DNA of 64,000 nucleotides from positions 4,096,001 to 4,160,000 of the forward strand of contig OZ245002.1 of NCBI GenBank assembly GCA_965223415.1, in the 5' to 3' direction. Shown piece by piece: positions 30,403 to 39,579 of the stretch (the stretch's first letter is position 1; the number at the start of each line of letters is the position of its first letter). The translations under genes were made by a program, and so were the position numbers. The DNA comes from Myxococcota bacterium. GTDB taxonomy: Bacteria > Myxococcota_A > UBA9160 > UBA6930. The notes beneath the pieces are model-generated. The model did no database searches and had not been told where the DNA came from. It saw only the letters and a program-made list of their open reading frames with translations.

Positions 30403-31113
30403 ATGCAGAGAATTGGAGAGGTCCTCCTCGCCGCTGGACTGATCAGCGAGACCCAGCTCACGGCCGCGCTCGGCGAGCAGGCCCGCTGGGGCAACCGACT
30501 CGGCGAGACGCTCGTCCAGCTCGGCTTCCTCGCCGAGCGCGACCTGATCCGGGTGCTCTCGGAGCGCTTCGGCCACCAGGGAATCGATCTCGCGGGCCGC
30601 CAGATTCATCCCGACGTCGTCGCCACCCTGCCGGCGGAGATCGCCTCGAAGTACGGGTGCCTGCCGGTGGCCCGGGAGCGGCGCGCGACGAGCGACGATC
30701 TCTACCTGGCCATGGAAGACCCGTCGAATCTCGTCGCCGTCGACGACGTGAGCTTTCGGACCGGCTGCACCGTCCACCCGCTGCTCGCAGGGCCCGTCCA
30801 GCTGCGCATGGCCATCGCCGCGTGCTACGAGAGCGGGCCGCTCGAGGGGCCGGCCCGGCTCGAGTTCGCGAGCGAGCCTGCGGCGGAGCCCGACCGCGCC
30901 TTCGGGGCCGAAGCCCTGTCCCAGGAGCGCTGGCTCGATGACATCGTCGAGCAGCTCGACGGGCCCGGTCGGGCGTCGGACGGGGCTCGCGAGGGCGACG
31001 CTGGCCGGGTTCCGACCCGGAAGATCCTGCAGGCCCTGACCCGGCTGCTGATCGCCAAGGGCGTCCTCACCCGCGAGGAGCTGATGGCCGAGGTGAAGCG
31101 GCTGGCGGACTAA
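30403..31113 (+). CDS. MshEN/T2SSE_N domain protein without an ATPase domain
   Basis: RIGEVLLAAGLISETQLTAALGEQ..RLGETLVQLGFL tandem motif; LYLAMEDP; no Walker A. Confidence 0.82.
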   Translation: MQRIGEVLLAAGLISETQLTAALGEQARWGNRLGETLVQLGFLAERDLIRVLSERFGHQGIDLAGRQIHPDVVATLPAEIASKYGCLPVARERRATSDDLYLAMEDPSNLVAVDDVSFRTGCTVHPLLAGPVQLRMAIAACYESGPLEGPARLEFASEPAAEPDRAFGAEALSQERWLDDIVEQLDGPGRASDGAREGDAGRVPTRKILQALTRLLIAKGVLTREELMAEVKRLAD

Positions 31114-31187
31114 CGCTTCCTTGCGTACCCGGCCTTCGCTACAACCACGCTTCGCGCGCACTTCGCGCGACACCGGGAGATCCGTCC

Positions 31188-31496
31188 ATGCGCCTCGAGT
31201 ACAGCTTTTCCCTGTCTGACGTCAGCGTCCCGCGGCTGTCGGTGGAGGCGGTCGAGGGCATCGGCAAGCTCTTCACCCTCGCCACCCTGGTGCTGAACAT
31301 TCTCGACGTGCGGGACGAGGTGGAGCTGGTGTTCCACGGCCTCAACCCGGACGATCCCGCCCGGAAGATCGAGGCCTTCCAGAAGATCGTGGCGGGTGCC
31401 GCGAGCGGGCCGGCACTGGCCTACAGCGAAGGCAGCGGCGGCGCGGTGCCCGGCTCCTCCTCCTACTACCAGTGGGTGACCGTCACGAAGGGCTAG
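31188..31496 (+). CDS. Small hypothetical protein (102 aa)
   Basis: GGGAG RBS, GC3-rich codons, no recognised motif. Confidence 0.6.
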   Translation: MRLEYSFSLSDVSVPRLSVEAVEGIGKLFTLATLVLNILDVRDEVELVFHGLNPDDPARKIEAFQKIVAGAASGPALAYSEGSGGAVPGSSSYYQWVTVTKG

Positions 31497-31568
31497 CCCC
31501 GACAATGGGTGACCGTCACGAAGGGCTAGCCCCGACAATGGGTGGTGAGCGTCACGGACGACTAGCCC
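31473..31568. repeat. 33-bp tandem duplication with internal palindromes plus a degenerate third copy
   Basis: tgggtgaccgtcacgaagggctagccccgacaa at 31473 and 31506; a 20/24 copy at 31545-31568. Confidence 0.9.
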
Positions 31569-33078
31569 TGGCGACGTCGCAGTCGCGGCCCTGCCAGCGA
31601 TGGCGGCGGGCCAGGCTGGCTCGCACGATCTCCCGGAGGGCGCGGGCGCGGCCGCCGGCGAAGGACTCGAAGGTCGCGTAGCGCAGGAAGGCCCGGCATC
31701 TCGCCTCCGCCGGCCAGGCGTCGGGGAGCGAGGCGTTCAGCTCGGCCAGCGCCCGGAGCCGGCGACGTTCCGGGAGCCGACGGCGGAAGCGCAGGCCCTC
31801 CAGGTCGATCAGCACCGGCGGCGCCCCCGGCGCGTCCGGGTGAGCGAAGAGATGGCTGGCCTTGAGGTCGCCGTGGTCGATCCCGCGCAGGTGGAGCCCG
31901 GTGAGCCACGGGCCGAGCTGGCCGAGCGCCGGGAGGCGGGCAGCCTCCGGCAGCGCCAGGAGATCGCACGCCGGCGAGAGGTCCTCGAGCACGAGCCACG
32001 AGCGCACCGGGAATCCGAGCACCCGCGCCTCGAGCATGGCCAGGGGCAGCGCGGCGCCGAGGCCGCGCTCCCGCAGGCCGTGGCCGCCGCGCCAGGCGCG
32101 CCAGGCCGGACTGCCGCGGAAGGCGTCGGCGACCACACGCAACGGGCCGCGGGGCAGCACCTCCTTCACCAGCACGCCGCGGCCGCCCGCGGCCACCCGG
32201 GTGATGCGCGAGCGGCCGTCGTCCTTGAGGACCGGGCCGGCATCGCCCTTCGCGAGGGCCTCGCGGTGGGCCGCCAGTGCCTCGGCGGCCGCCGTCTCGG
32301 GGAAGGCGTGCCAGCGCAGGCCGCGGCCGGCGTCCGTGCGCAGCCGCGCCGCCTGCCGCCCGGCGCGCAGCAGGCGTCGCGTGCGGCTCCGGCCGTGGCG
32401 CCAGGCCTTGGCGCGGGCCGCCTCGCCAATCGCCCGCAGCTCGTCCGCGTCGGGCTCGGTCGTGGCCGCGCGGCGGATCCGCAGGCGATCGGCCAGGGAC
32501 GCCCGGAACCAGAGGGAGTAGTCGAGCTCGCCCAGGTCGCGGCGCCGGGCCGCCGGGCCCGCTCCCCGTCGCGCGTGCTGGAGATCGAGGAGCACCGGGC
32601 CCCGGGCGGTGAAGAGCACGTTGCCGGCGTGGAGATCGCCGTGGACGACGCCGCTGGCGTGGACGGCGCGCACGGTCCGGCCGAGGGCTTCGAGCTGGGC
32701 CCGGCGCCTCGCCGGCTCGGCGGCGAGGCCGGGAGCGCCGCTCTCCCCCTCGAGGAAGGGAAGCACGAGGATCCGATCGCCGCCGGCCAGGCGGCCCCAG
32801 GCCAGGGGTGCCGGCACCGGCACGCCCGCCCCGTGCAGGGCCTGGAGGAAGTGGCGCTCCCGGTCCGCCGGGCTGCGACCGATCGCCGCCTTCAGGCGTT
32901 CGCGCAGGGCGTGGTGCCCGCCGGTGCGGAACCGCTTGATCAGCAGGTCGTCCCGCCGCATCAGCCGACGGCGGGGGTTGTCACGCAGGACGTCCGGCTT
33001 CGCGTGGCCCTGCAGCGCCGCCTCCACCCGCCGCTGCACCTCCGCGTCGCCGCCCTGCCAGGTGATCGCCTCGCTCAT
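31552..33078 (-). CDS. LPS/Kdo kinase-like protein with two tandem kinase domains
   Basis: VPVPAPL..HGDLHAGNVL..LLDL and a second VLVKE..HGDLKASHL..LIDLE; coupled to a GT4 gene. Confidence 0.75.
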   Translation of the reverse strand: MSEAITWQGGDAEVQRRVEAALQGHAKPDVLRDNPRRRLMRRDDLLIKRFRTGGHHALRERLKAAIGRSPADRERHFLQALHGAGVPVPAPLAWGRLAGGDRILVLPFLEGESGAPGLAAEPARRRAQLEALGRTVRAVHASGVVHGDLHAGNVLFTARGPVLLDLQHARRGAGPAARRRDLGELDYSLWFRASLADRLRIRRAATTEPDADELRAIGEAARAKAWRHGRSRTRRLLRAGRQAARLRTDAGRGLRWHAFPETAAAEALAAHREALAKGDAGPVLKDDGRSRITRVAAGGRGVLVKEVLPRGPLRVVADAFRGSPAWRAWRGGHGLRERGLGAALPLAMLEARVLGFPVRSWLVLEDLSPACDLLALPEAARLPALGQLGPWLTGLHLRGIDHGDLKASHLFAHPDAPGAPPVLIDLEGLRFRRRLPERRRLRALAELNASLPDAWPAEARCRAFLRYATFESFAGGRARALREIVRASLARRHRWQGRDCDVARASRP

Positions 33079-34175
33079 CGCCGGACCCGCCCGTAGAGCG
33101 CGTGGAGCTCCTCGACGCAGATGGCCCAGCTGCGCGTCTCGGCGCGGGCCCGCGCGGCCCGGCCGAGGCGCTCGCGGGCACCGGCGTCGACCAGCCGCTC
33201 GAGGGCGTCGGCGAAGCCGTCGACGTCCTCCGGGTCCTCGACGGTCCAGCCGGCCTCGCCCAGCCAGCGGGCCGCGCCGTTCGCTCCGCTCGTCACCACC
33301 GGCAGGCCGCAGGCCGCGGCCTCGAGGCACACGTTGGCGAAGGCGTCGTAGCGGGTGGGCAGAAGTAGCGCGTCGGCGGCCGGGTAGAGCTCGGCCGGGT
33401 CCCGCCCGGCGCCGAGGAAGCGCACGCGGTCGGCGACGCCCAGGCGCAGGGCCAGCGCCCGGCCCGGTGCTTCCTCCCGGCCGGCGACCCACAGCACGCT
33501 CTCCTTCGGGCCCGCGCGTGCCAGGGCGCGAAGGGCCGTGTCGATGCCCTTGCGGTGGTGGCCGTGGCCGACCAGCAGCCAGACGAGCCGGTCGCCGCAG
33601 TCGAGCTCTCTTCGCAGGGCCTCCCGGCCGGCCGGGTCGCGACCCGGCCGGAAGCGCTCCAGGTCGACCCCGTTCGGGATGACGGCGACCCGCTCCGGTG
33701 CCACCGCATGGTGTTCGAAGAGCTCGTCGCGGACCATCTCCGAGTTGCAGTGCACCCACTGGCTCGGGTCGCGCAATACGGCACCCTCGATGGCCAGCAG
33801 CACCGCGTGGCGGGGTGTCGCCCGTCGGAGGCGGGCTCCGGCGGGGCCGTAGGCGCGCTCCATGTAGGCCGCGTGGCAGCCGCCGCCGGTGCGGTAGACA
33901 TCCTGGTGGCGGGTTCGCGAGAAGGCGTGCACGGCGTCGTAGGCCCCCCGCGGCGCAGCGCGGGCCGCGGCCCGCGAGAAGGCCCACACCCGCCAGGGCT
34001 GCCAGGCCGCAGCCACCGGCAACGGCTGCACCCGCGGGCCCTCGGAGCGCTCGGCGCGGCGGGCGAAGACGCGCACCTCGTCCCCGGACGTGTGGAGCGC
34101 GTGGGCAGTGGCCCACGCAGCGCCCTCCACCCCGCCCCCCGGCTCGAATCGTTCGATCACCAGCGCGATCCGCAT
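33075..34175 (-). CDS. Glycosyltransferase family 4 (WaaG-like LPS core)
   Basis: MRIALVIERF..GGVE, VIPNGVD, RKG, YDAFANVCLEAAACGLPVVTS. Confidence 0.88.
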   Translation of the reverse strand: MRIALVIERFEPGGGVEGAAWATAHALHTSGDEVRVFARRAERSEGPRVQPLPVAAAWQPWRVWAFSRAAARAAPRGAYDAVHAFSRTRHQDVYRTGGGCHAAYMERAYGPAGARLRRATPRHAVLLAIEGAVLRDPSQWVHCNSEMVRDELFEHHAVAPERVAVIPNGVDLERFRPGRDPAGREALRRELDCGDRLVWLLVGHGHHRKGIDTALRALARAGPKESVLWVAGREEAPGRALALRLGVADRVRFLGAGRDPAELYPAADALLLPTRYDAFANVCLEAAACGLPVVTSGANGAARWLGEAGWTVEDPEDVDGFADALERLVDAGARERLGRAARARAETRSWAICVEELHALYGRVRR

Positions 34176-34304
34176 CGATGCCAGGAGGCTCCCGTGGGCG
34201 GTGGTCCTCTCGCGGCCTCGGGACCCCTCGACCCTCGGGCCGAGGGTAGTATATTGCCCCGCTCGGCTCCGGCCGCAGCAACGAGAGAACTCCGATTTCG
34301 CTCC

Positions 34305-34991
34305 ATGGCGCGCTCCTTACCTGCTGCTCCTTCGCACGCCTCTTCGAACGAGGTCGGCGAGACCACACCCAAGCCGAAGGGTGAGAAGCGAGACCGCATC
34401 CTCGAGGCCGCCATCGTGGTGTTCGCCCGCAAGGGCTTCCACAAGGCGAGGGTCTCAGACATCTCCGCGGAGGCGGAGATCGCCTACGGCCTCGTCTATC
34501 ACTACTTCAAGAACAAGGACGAGATCCTCGCCACGATCTTCGAGGAGCGCTGGCACGGCTTCCTCGATGCGGTCCACGCCATCGGCCGCGGGCCCGGAAC
34601 GCTGCGCAACCAGCTGGTGTCCATCACCACGCTCGTCCTGAACGCGTTCCGTCTGCGACCGGAGTGGGTGAAGGTGCTCGTCCTGGAGATCCAGCGTTCC
34701 AGCCGCTTCGCGGAGCCCGCCCAGCAGCAGGCGGTCGCCGCGCTGTTCGGCGCCTTCGAGGAGGTGCTGCGCGGAGGGCAGGAGCGGGGCGAGCTGCGCA
34801 GCGACCTGAACCTGTCGGTGGCCGCGACGCTCTTCCTCGGCGCCATCGACCTGGTGATCACGAGCTTCGTGATCGGCGTCGCCGAGGTGCCCGAAGGGGA
34901 AGCGGCCCAGCGCGCGTTCTACCTGGAGACCGCCCATCAGATCGTGGACATCTTCCTGCGCGGCGGCGCAGGGGTGGAGGGAGAAGCTTGA
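34305..34991 (+). CDS. TetR family transcriptional regulator
   Basis: RILEAAIVVFARKGF..ISAEAEIAYGLVYHYFKNKDEIL. Confidence 0.92.
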   Translation: MARSLPAAPSHASSNEVGETTPKPKGEKRDRILEAAIVVFARKGFHKARVSDISAEAEIAYGLVYHYFKNKDEILATIFEERWHGFLDAVHAIGRGPGTLRNQLVSITTLVLNAFRLRPEWVKVLVLEIQRSSRFAEPAQQQAVAALFGAFEEVLRGGQERGELRSDLNLSVAATLFLGAIDLVITSFVIGVAEVPEGEAAQRAFYLETAHQIVDIFLRGGAGVEGEA

Positions 34992-35722
34992 TCGAGGCCG
35001 ACGGCATCACCAAGCGTTACGGAGACTTCGTCGCCGTCGACGGGGTCTCCTTCACCGCCGGGGCCGGGGAGGTGATCGGCTTCCTCGGCCCGAACGGCGC
35101 CGGCAAGACGACGACGATGCGCATCCTCACCGGCTTCCTGCCGGCGACGGACGGCACGGCGCGCATCGCCGGCCATGACATCTTCGACGAGGCGCTCGAG
35201 GCGCGCCGAGCCATCGGCTACCTGCCCGAGACGCCGCCGCTGTATCCCGAGATGGACGTGACCGGCTACCTCACCTACGTCGCCAAGCTCAAGGATGTGC
35301 CCCGGGCCGAGCGGAAGGCCGCGGTGGAGAGCGCCACCGAGCGCTGCGGCCTGTCGGACGTCCACCGGCGGGTGATCGGCTCGCTCTCGAAGGGCTACCG
35401 GCAGCGGGTCGGCATCGCCCAGGCCATCGTCCACGACCCGAAGGTGCTGATCCTGGACGAGCCCACCGTCGGTCTCGATCCGATCCAGATCCGCGAGATC
35501 CGCCACCTGATCGCGGACCTGGCGGATCCGGAGAAGGCCGCCCACACGATCGTGCTCTCGACCCACATCCTGGCGGAGGTCGAGGCCATCTGCCGGCGGG
35601 TGGTCCTGATCCACGACGGCCGGAAGGTGCTCGACCAGAGCATGGAGGAGCTGCGCCAGGCCGGCGAAGCGCTCGAGGACGTGTTCGCGCGGCTCACCCT
35701 CCGCGAAGAGGAGGCCGCATGA
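34988..35722 (+). CDS. ABC ATP-binding protein (GldA-like)
   Basis: GPNGAGKTT, GYLPETPPLY, LSKGYRQRVG, LDEPTVGLDP; TTG start. Confidence 0.9.
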   Translation: MIEADGITKRYGDFVAVDGVSFTAGAGEVIGFLGPNGAGKTTTMRILTGFLPATDGTARIAGHDIFDEALEARRAIGYLPETPPLYPEMDVTGYLTYVAKLKDVPRAERKAAVESATERCGLSDVHRRVIGSLSKGYRQRVGIAQAIVHDPKVLILDEPTVGLDPIQIREIRHLIADLADPEKAAHTIVLSTHILAEVEAICRRVVLIHDGRKVLDQSMEELRQAGEALEDVFARLTLREEEAA

Positions 35723-36540
35723 GGCACGTCGGCGCCATCGCAGGGCGCGAGCTGCGCTCGCTCTTCGTCTCCCCCGTGGCCTACGCGGTCCTCACCCTGT
35801 TCGCCGTGCTGGCGGGATTCTTCTTCCTGCTCTCGGTGCAGGGCTTCCGCGAGACCGTGAACTACTACCAGCAGATCGGGCAGTTCGAGGTGCTGCGGGA
35901 GGTCAACCTGAACACCCAGCTGATCGGTCCCTTCGTCCAGGTGATGTGGATCGTCTTCCTGTTCCTGATCCCCGGCATCACCATGGGCCTCTTCACCTCG
36001 GAGAAGACCCAGGGGACCCAGGAGCTCCTGATGACGAGCCCCATCACGATGTGGGAGCTGGTGATCGGCAAGTTCCTGGCGGCGGCGGCCTTCGTGACCC
36101 TGCTGATCGCCATGATGGGCCTCCTGCCGTCGATGCTCTTCATCGAGGTCGGCAGCTTCGACCTGGCGGACCCGGATCCGGAAGGCCTGCAGATGGTCGC
36201 GGGGCTCCTCGGGCTCTGGCTGCTCGGCCTCACCTACGCGGCGGTCGGCACCTTCGCGTCGTCGGTCACCCGCAACCAGCTCGTCGCCTTCTTCCTCGCC
36301 CTGGCGCTGCTGCTGATCCTGTGGCTGCTCTCGGTGGTGGCGGACCTCGGCGTGGCCGAGGGCGCGGCGGGCACGGCCACGTCCGTGTCCGGGGTGCTGA
36401 CCTGGCTCTCCACCTCGGACCACTTCGACAAGCTGGCGCGAGGCCTGGTAGACACCCGGGACCTCGCCTACTTCGCCTTCATGATCGCGGCCTTCCTGAT
36501 CGCGACGAAGACCGCGGTCGAATCCGTGAGGTGGCGCTGA
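35719..36540 (+). CDS. ABC-2 permease (GldF-like)
   Basis: RELRSLFVSPVAY, EKTQGTQELLMTSP, RGLVDTRDLAYF. Confidence 0.88.
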   Translation: MRHVGAIAGRELRSLFVSPVAYAVLTLFAVLAGFFFLLSVQGFRETVNYYQQIGQFEVLREVNLNTQLIGPFVQVMWIVFLFLIPGITMGLFTSEKTQGTQELLMTSPITMWELVIGKFLAAAAFVTLLIAMMGLLPSMLFIEVGSFDLADPDPEGLQMVAGLLGLWLLGLTYAAVGTFASSVTRNQLVAFFLALALLLILWLLSVVADLGVAEGAAGTATSVSGVLTWLSTSDHFDKLARGLVDTRDLAYFAFMIAAFLIATKTAVESVRWR

Positions 36541-38141
36541 TGAAGCCCTGGGCAAGCCTGTTGATGGCGCTGGGCGGCGTCCTCATCCTGTTCGCCGTCC
36601 TGTCGTTCCTGGTGCAGCTCCTCTCGGGCCCCGTGCTGCTGTGGCAGGAGCTCGTGTGGAGCATCGGCAACCTGGTCGTCGGCGTCGGTCTCCTGGCCTT
36701 CGCCCTGTTCTCCAACGCGGACGCCTACCGCGAGCGGCTCCAGACCGGCGAGGCCCGGCGGGCCAGCAAGTACGGGACCAGCGCGATCGCGAGCGCCGTG
36801 CTCGGGATCGCGCTCCTCGGTCTGCTGGCCTTCCTCTCGACCCGCTACCACACCCACTGGGACTGGACCGTGGCCCAGGCCCACACGCTCTCGGGCCAGA
36901 CCACGGGTCTCCTCGAAGACCTGGAGGGCGAGATCTCGGTGGTGGGGGTCTACTCGCCGATGGCCGCGGTGCCCGCCAAAGAGCTGCTCGAGCGGTACAC
37001 CTTCGTGTCGGACAAGCTGAAGGTGGAATGGCTGGACCCGGAGCGGCAGCCCGGCCGCCTGCGCGACCTGGGGATCGCGCCGGAGCGCCTCCAGGCCGGG
37101 CTCCTCCACGTGACGATCGGGGAAGAATCGGTCGAGGTCCGCGAGCTCACCGAGGAGGCGCTGACCAACGCCATCGTGAAGCTCACCCGGCGGGACCAGA
37201 AGAAGGTCTACTTCGTCGTCGGCCACAACGAGCGGATCACGGAGGGCGAGGGCGCCGACGAAGCGACGGGCTACGCCTTCGCTGCCGAAGCCCTCGTCAA
37301 CGAGAACTACCAGGTCGAGACGATCCTGCTGGCCCAGACCGGCGAGGTTCCTGCCGACGCGGACGTGGTGGTGCTTGCCGGGCCTACGCGGCCTCTCCTG
37401 GAGCCCGAGCACGCGGCCCTGCGCGCCTACGCCGAGGCGGGCGGCGCGCTCCTCGTGCTGCTCGATCCCCGCGCGAACACCGACCTGGCGGCGCTCGTCG
37501 CCGAGTGGGGCGTCAGGGTCGGCGAGGACGTGGTGGTCGACCTGGTGGGCGGCATGGTCGGGACCCCGACCACCCCCTTCGCGAAGGACTTCGGCCCCCA
37601 TCCGATCACCGACGAGCTGCGCGGCTTCACCGTCTACGAGTTCGCGCGCAGCGTGACGCCGACACCGGAAGCTGCCGGCGCCTTCCAATCCCTGGTGCGA
37701 ACCGGCGAGGACTCCTGGTCCGAGGTGGACCTCGCCCGCCTGGAGCAGAAGGGCGAGGTGGGCTTCGACCCGGAGGACACCCGGGGTCCGGTCACCCTCG
37801 CCGTGGCGGGGACCCTGAGCCTCGCGGAAGTCGACGCCACGGAGGAGGGCGACCCGACCGACCCGGCCCGCATCGTGGTGGTCGGCGACGCGGACTTCGC
37901 CTCGAATCAACTGATCGGTGCGTACCTCAACCGGGACTTCTTCCTCAACACGGTGAACTGGCTGCTCGGCGACGTCGAGTCGATCTCGATTCGCCCGAAG
38001 CAGGGCGTGGCGAGCCGCCTGCAGCTCACGACCGAGGATTTCCTGGATCTGCGCTACGTTTCGCTCTTCGTGCTGCCCGAGACGATCGCGGTGCTGGGGG
38101 TGATCGCCTGGTGGCGCAGGCGCCGCGCACCGGGGCGATGA
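36540..38141 (+). CDS. GldG-like ABC auxiliary component
   Basis: WDWT..HTLSGQT, VYFVVGHNE, VVLAGP, RIVVVGDADF, NRDFFLNTVNWL. Confidence 0.85.
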   Translation: MKPWASLLMALGGVLILFAVLSFLVQLLSGPVLLWQELVWSIGNLVVGVGLLAFALFSNADAYRERLQTGEARRASKYGTSAIASAVLGIALLGLLAFLSTRYHTHWDWTVAQAHTLSGQTTGLLEDLEGEISVVGVYSPMAAVPAKELLERYTFVSDKLKVEWLDPERQPGRLRDLGIAPERLQAGLLHVTIGEESVEVRELTEEALTNAIVKLTRRDQKKVYFVVGHNERITEGEGADEATGYAFAAEALVNENYQVETILLAQTGEVPADADVVVLAGPTRPLLEPEHAALRAYAEAGGALLVLLDPRANTDLAALVAEWGVRVGEDVVVDLVGGMVGTPTTPFAKDFGPHPITDELRGFTVYEFARSVTPTPEAAGAFQSLVRTGEDSWSEVDLARLEQKGEVGFDPEDTRGPVTLAVAGTLSLAEVDATEEGDPTDPARIVVVGDADFASNQLIGAYLNRDFFLNTVNWLLGDVESISIRPKQGVASRLQLTTEDFLDLRYVSLFVLPETIAVLGVIAWWRRRRAPGR

Positions 38142-38151
38142 GGGCGCGACG

Positions 38152-39576
38152 GTGAGCCCGAGGACTACGTTGCTCCTGGCCGTGGCGGTCGCCGCCCTCG
38201 GTGCCTTCGTCTGGTTTTGGGAGGTGGAGGGTGCCGCCGACCGTGCCGCCGCCGAGCAGACCGCCAAGGAGGTCTTCCCGGACCTCACCCCCGAAGCCCT
38301 GACCGCGCTGGTCGTCCGCAGCGATGAGGGCGACGAGGTCCGCCTCGAGCGCGATGGCGGCTGGCGGCTGCGTGCGCCGGTCGACGCCCCGGCGGACCCG
38401 ATGACCGCCGACGCCCTCGCCGCCGCCGTGGCAGACCTGGCCACCGAGAGCACCTTCGACGATCCCGAGCCCCGGGAGAGCTACGGCCTGACCGGAGAGC
38501 CGCGGGTGCGGGCGGAGGCCGGCGAGCGCCACGTGGCGCTGTGGCTCGGCGACGCGACACCCACCGGCACCAACACCTACGTGGCCGCCGAGGGCGACGA
38601 GCGCGTCTTTACCGTCGCGACCTACCGGACGAACGCCCTGCGCAAGAGCCTCGGCGACCTGCGCGACGCGCGCATCCTCTCCTTCGATCGGGAGGCGGTG
38701 ACCGATGTCGAGGTGACCTGGAAGGGCGGTGGCGTCGCCGTCGCGAAGGGCGAGGAGGCGTGGCGGGTTCGCAAGCCCCTCGACGCCGCTGCGGACGAAG
38801 GGACGATCTCGGGCCTGCTGTCGGATCTCTCCTACCTCCGGGCGGAGGACTACGTGGACGAGCCGGCGGCGGAGCAGCGCACCGCCCTCGGGTCGCCCGC
38901 CTATCAGGTGACGCTGCGCGGCGCCGAGGACGCGGTGCTGGCGGAGCTCCGGATCGCATTCGCCGGTGGGGACGAAGGCGAGGGCACGCGGCGCCTCGTG
39001 CAGGGCCGGGAGGGCTTCCTCTACGAGATCGCCGAGGGCCGCCTCGACGACCTGCCGCGCACGGTCACGGCCTTCCGCTTCAAGGAGCTGTCGAGCTTCC
39101 CGGTCAACGACGCGGCGCGCTTCGAGCTGGCCTTCCAGGGCGAGGGCGAGGAGCTCCTCGTCCAGGCCGAGCAGACCGCGGAGGGCAGCTGGACCAGCAC
39201 GCCCGAGCCGCTGGCGCCGGGCAAGGCGAGCCGCCTGCTGTCGGAGCTCTCGAGCCTCGAGGCCGCGGACATTGCCGCCGAGAGCATGGGACCGGACGAG
39301 CTCGCCGGCATCGGCCTCGCGCCGCCCCGGGTGACGGTGCGCGTACTGCCGGAGGAGGGCGACACCGCCCTGGCGAAGCTGCACCTCGGCCGCCTCGAGC
39401 CGGGCCGGGGGATCGCCGCCCAACGTCCGGACGACCCCATCGTCTACTGGCTCCCCGAGGCTCTCGCCGAGCACCTGCCCGTGAGCCTCGAGGCCTGGCG
39501 CAACCGCTTCCTGGCGGAGGAGGCGGAGACGGACGAGGCTCCCGAAGAGGAAGAGGGAGCGGACGAGGAGGAGTAG
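38152..39576 (+). CDS. DUF4340-like membrane-anchored protein
   Basis: N-terminal TM; repeated W..P..AD/L.A..YGL..P units; standard position after gldG-like genes. Confidence 0.75.
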   Translation: MSPRTTLLLAVAVAALGAFVWFWEVEGAADRAAAEQTAKEVFPDLTPEALTALVVRSDEGDEVRLERDGGWRLRAPVDAPADPMTADALAAAVADLATESTFDDPEPRESYGLTGEPRVRAEAGERHVALWLGDATPTGTNTYVAAEGDERVFTVATYRTNALRKSLGDLRDARILSFDREAVTDVEVTWKGGGVAVAKGEEAWRVRKPLDAAADEGTISGLLSDLSYLRAEDYVDEPAAEQRTALGSPAYQVTLRGAEDAVLAELRIAFAGGDEGEGTRRLVQGREGFLYEIAEGRLDDLPRTVTAFRFKELSSFPVNDAARFELAFQGEGEELLVQAEQTAEGSWTSTPEPLAPGKASRLLSELSSLEAADIAAESMGPDELAGIGLAPPRVTVRVLPEEGDTALAKLHLGRLEPGRGIAAQRPDDPIVYWLPEALAEHLPVSLEAWRNRFLAEEAETDEAPEEEEGADEEE

Positions 39577-39579
39577 CCG

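Noticed and set aside
31473..31544. 33-bp palindromic repeats as a mini CRISPR array
   Set aside because: Copies are directly adjacent with no spacers, and there are no cas genes in the window
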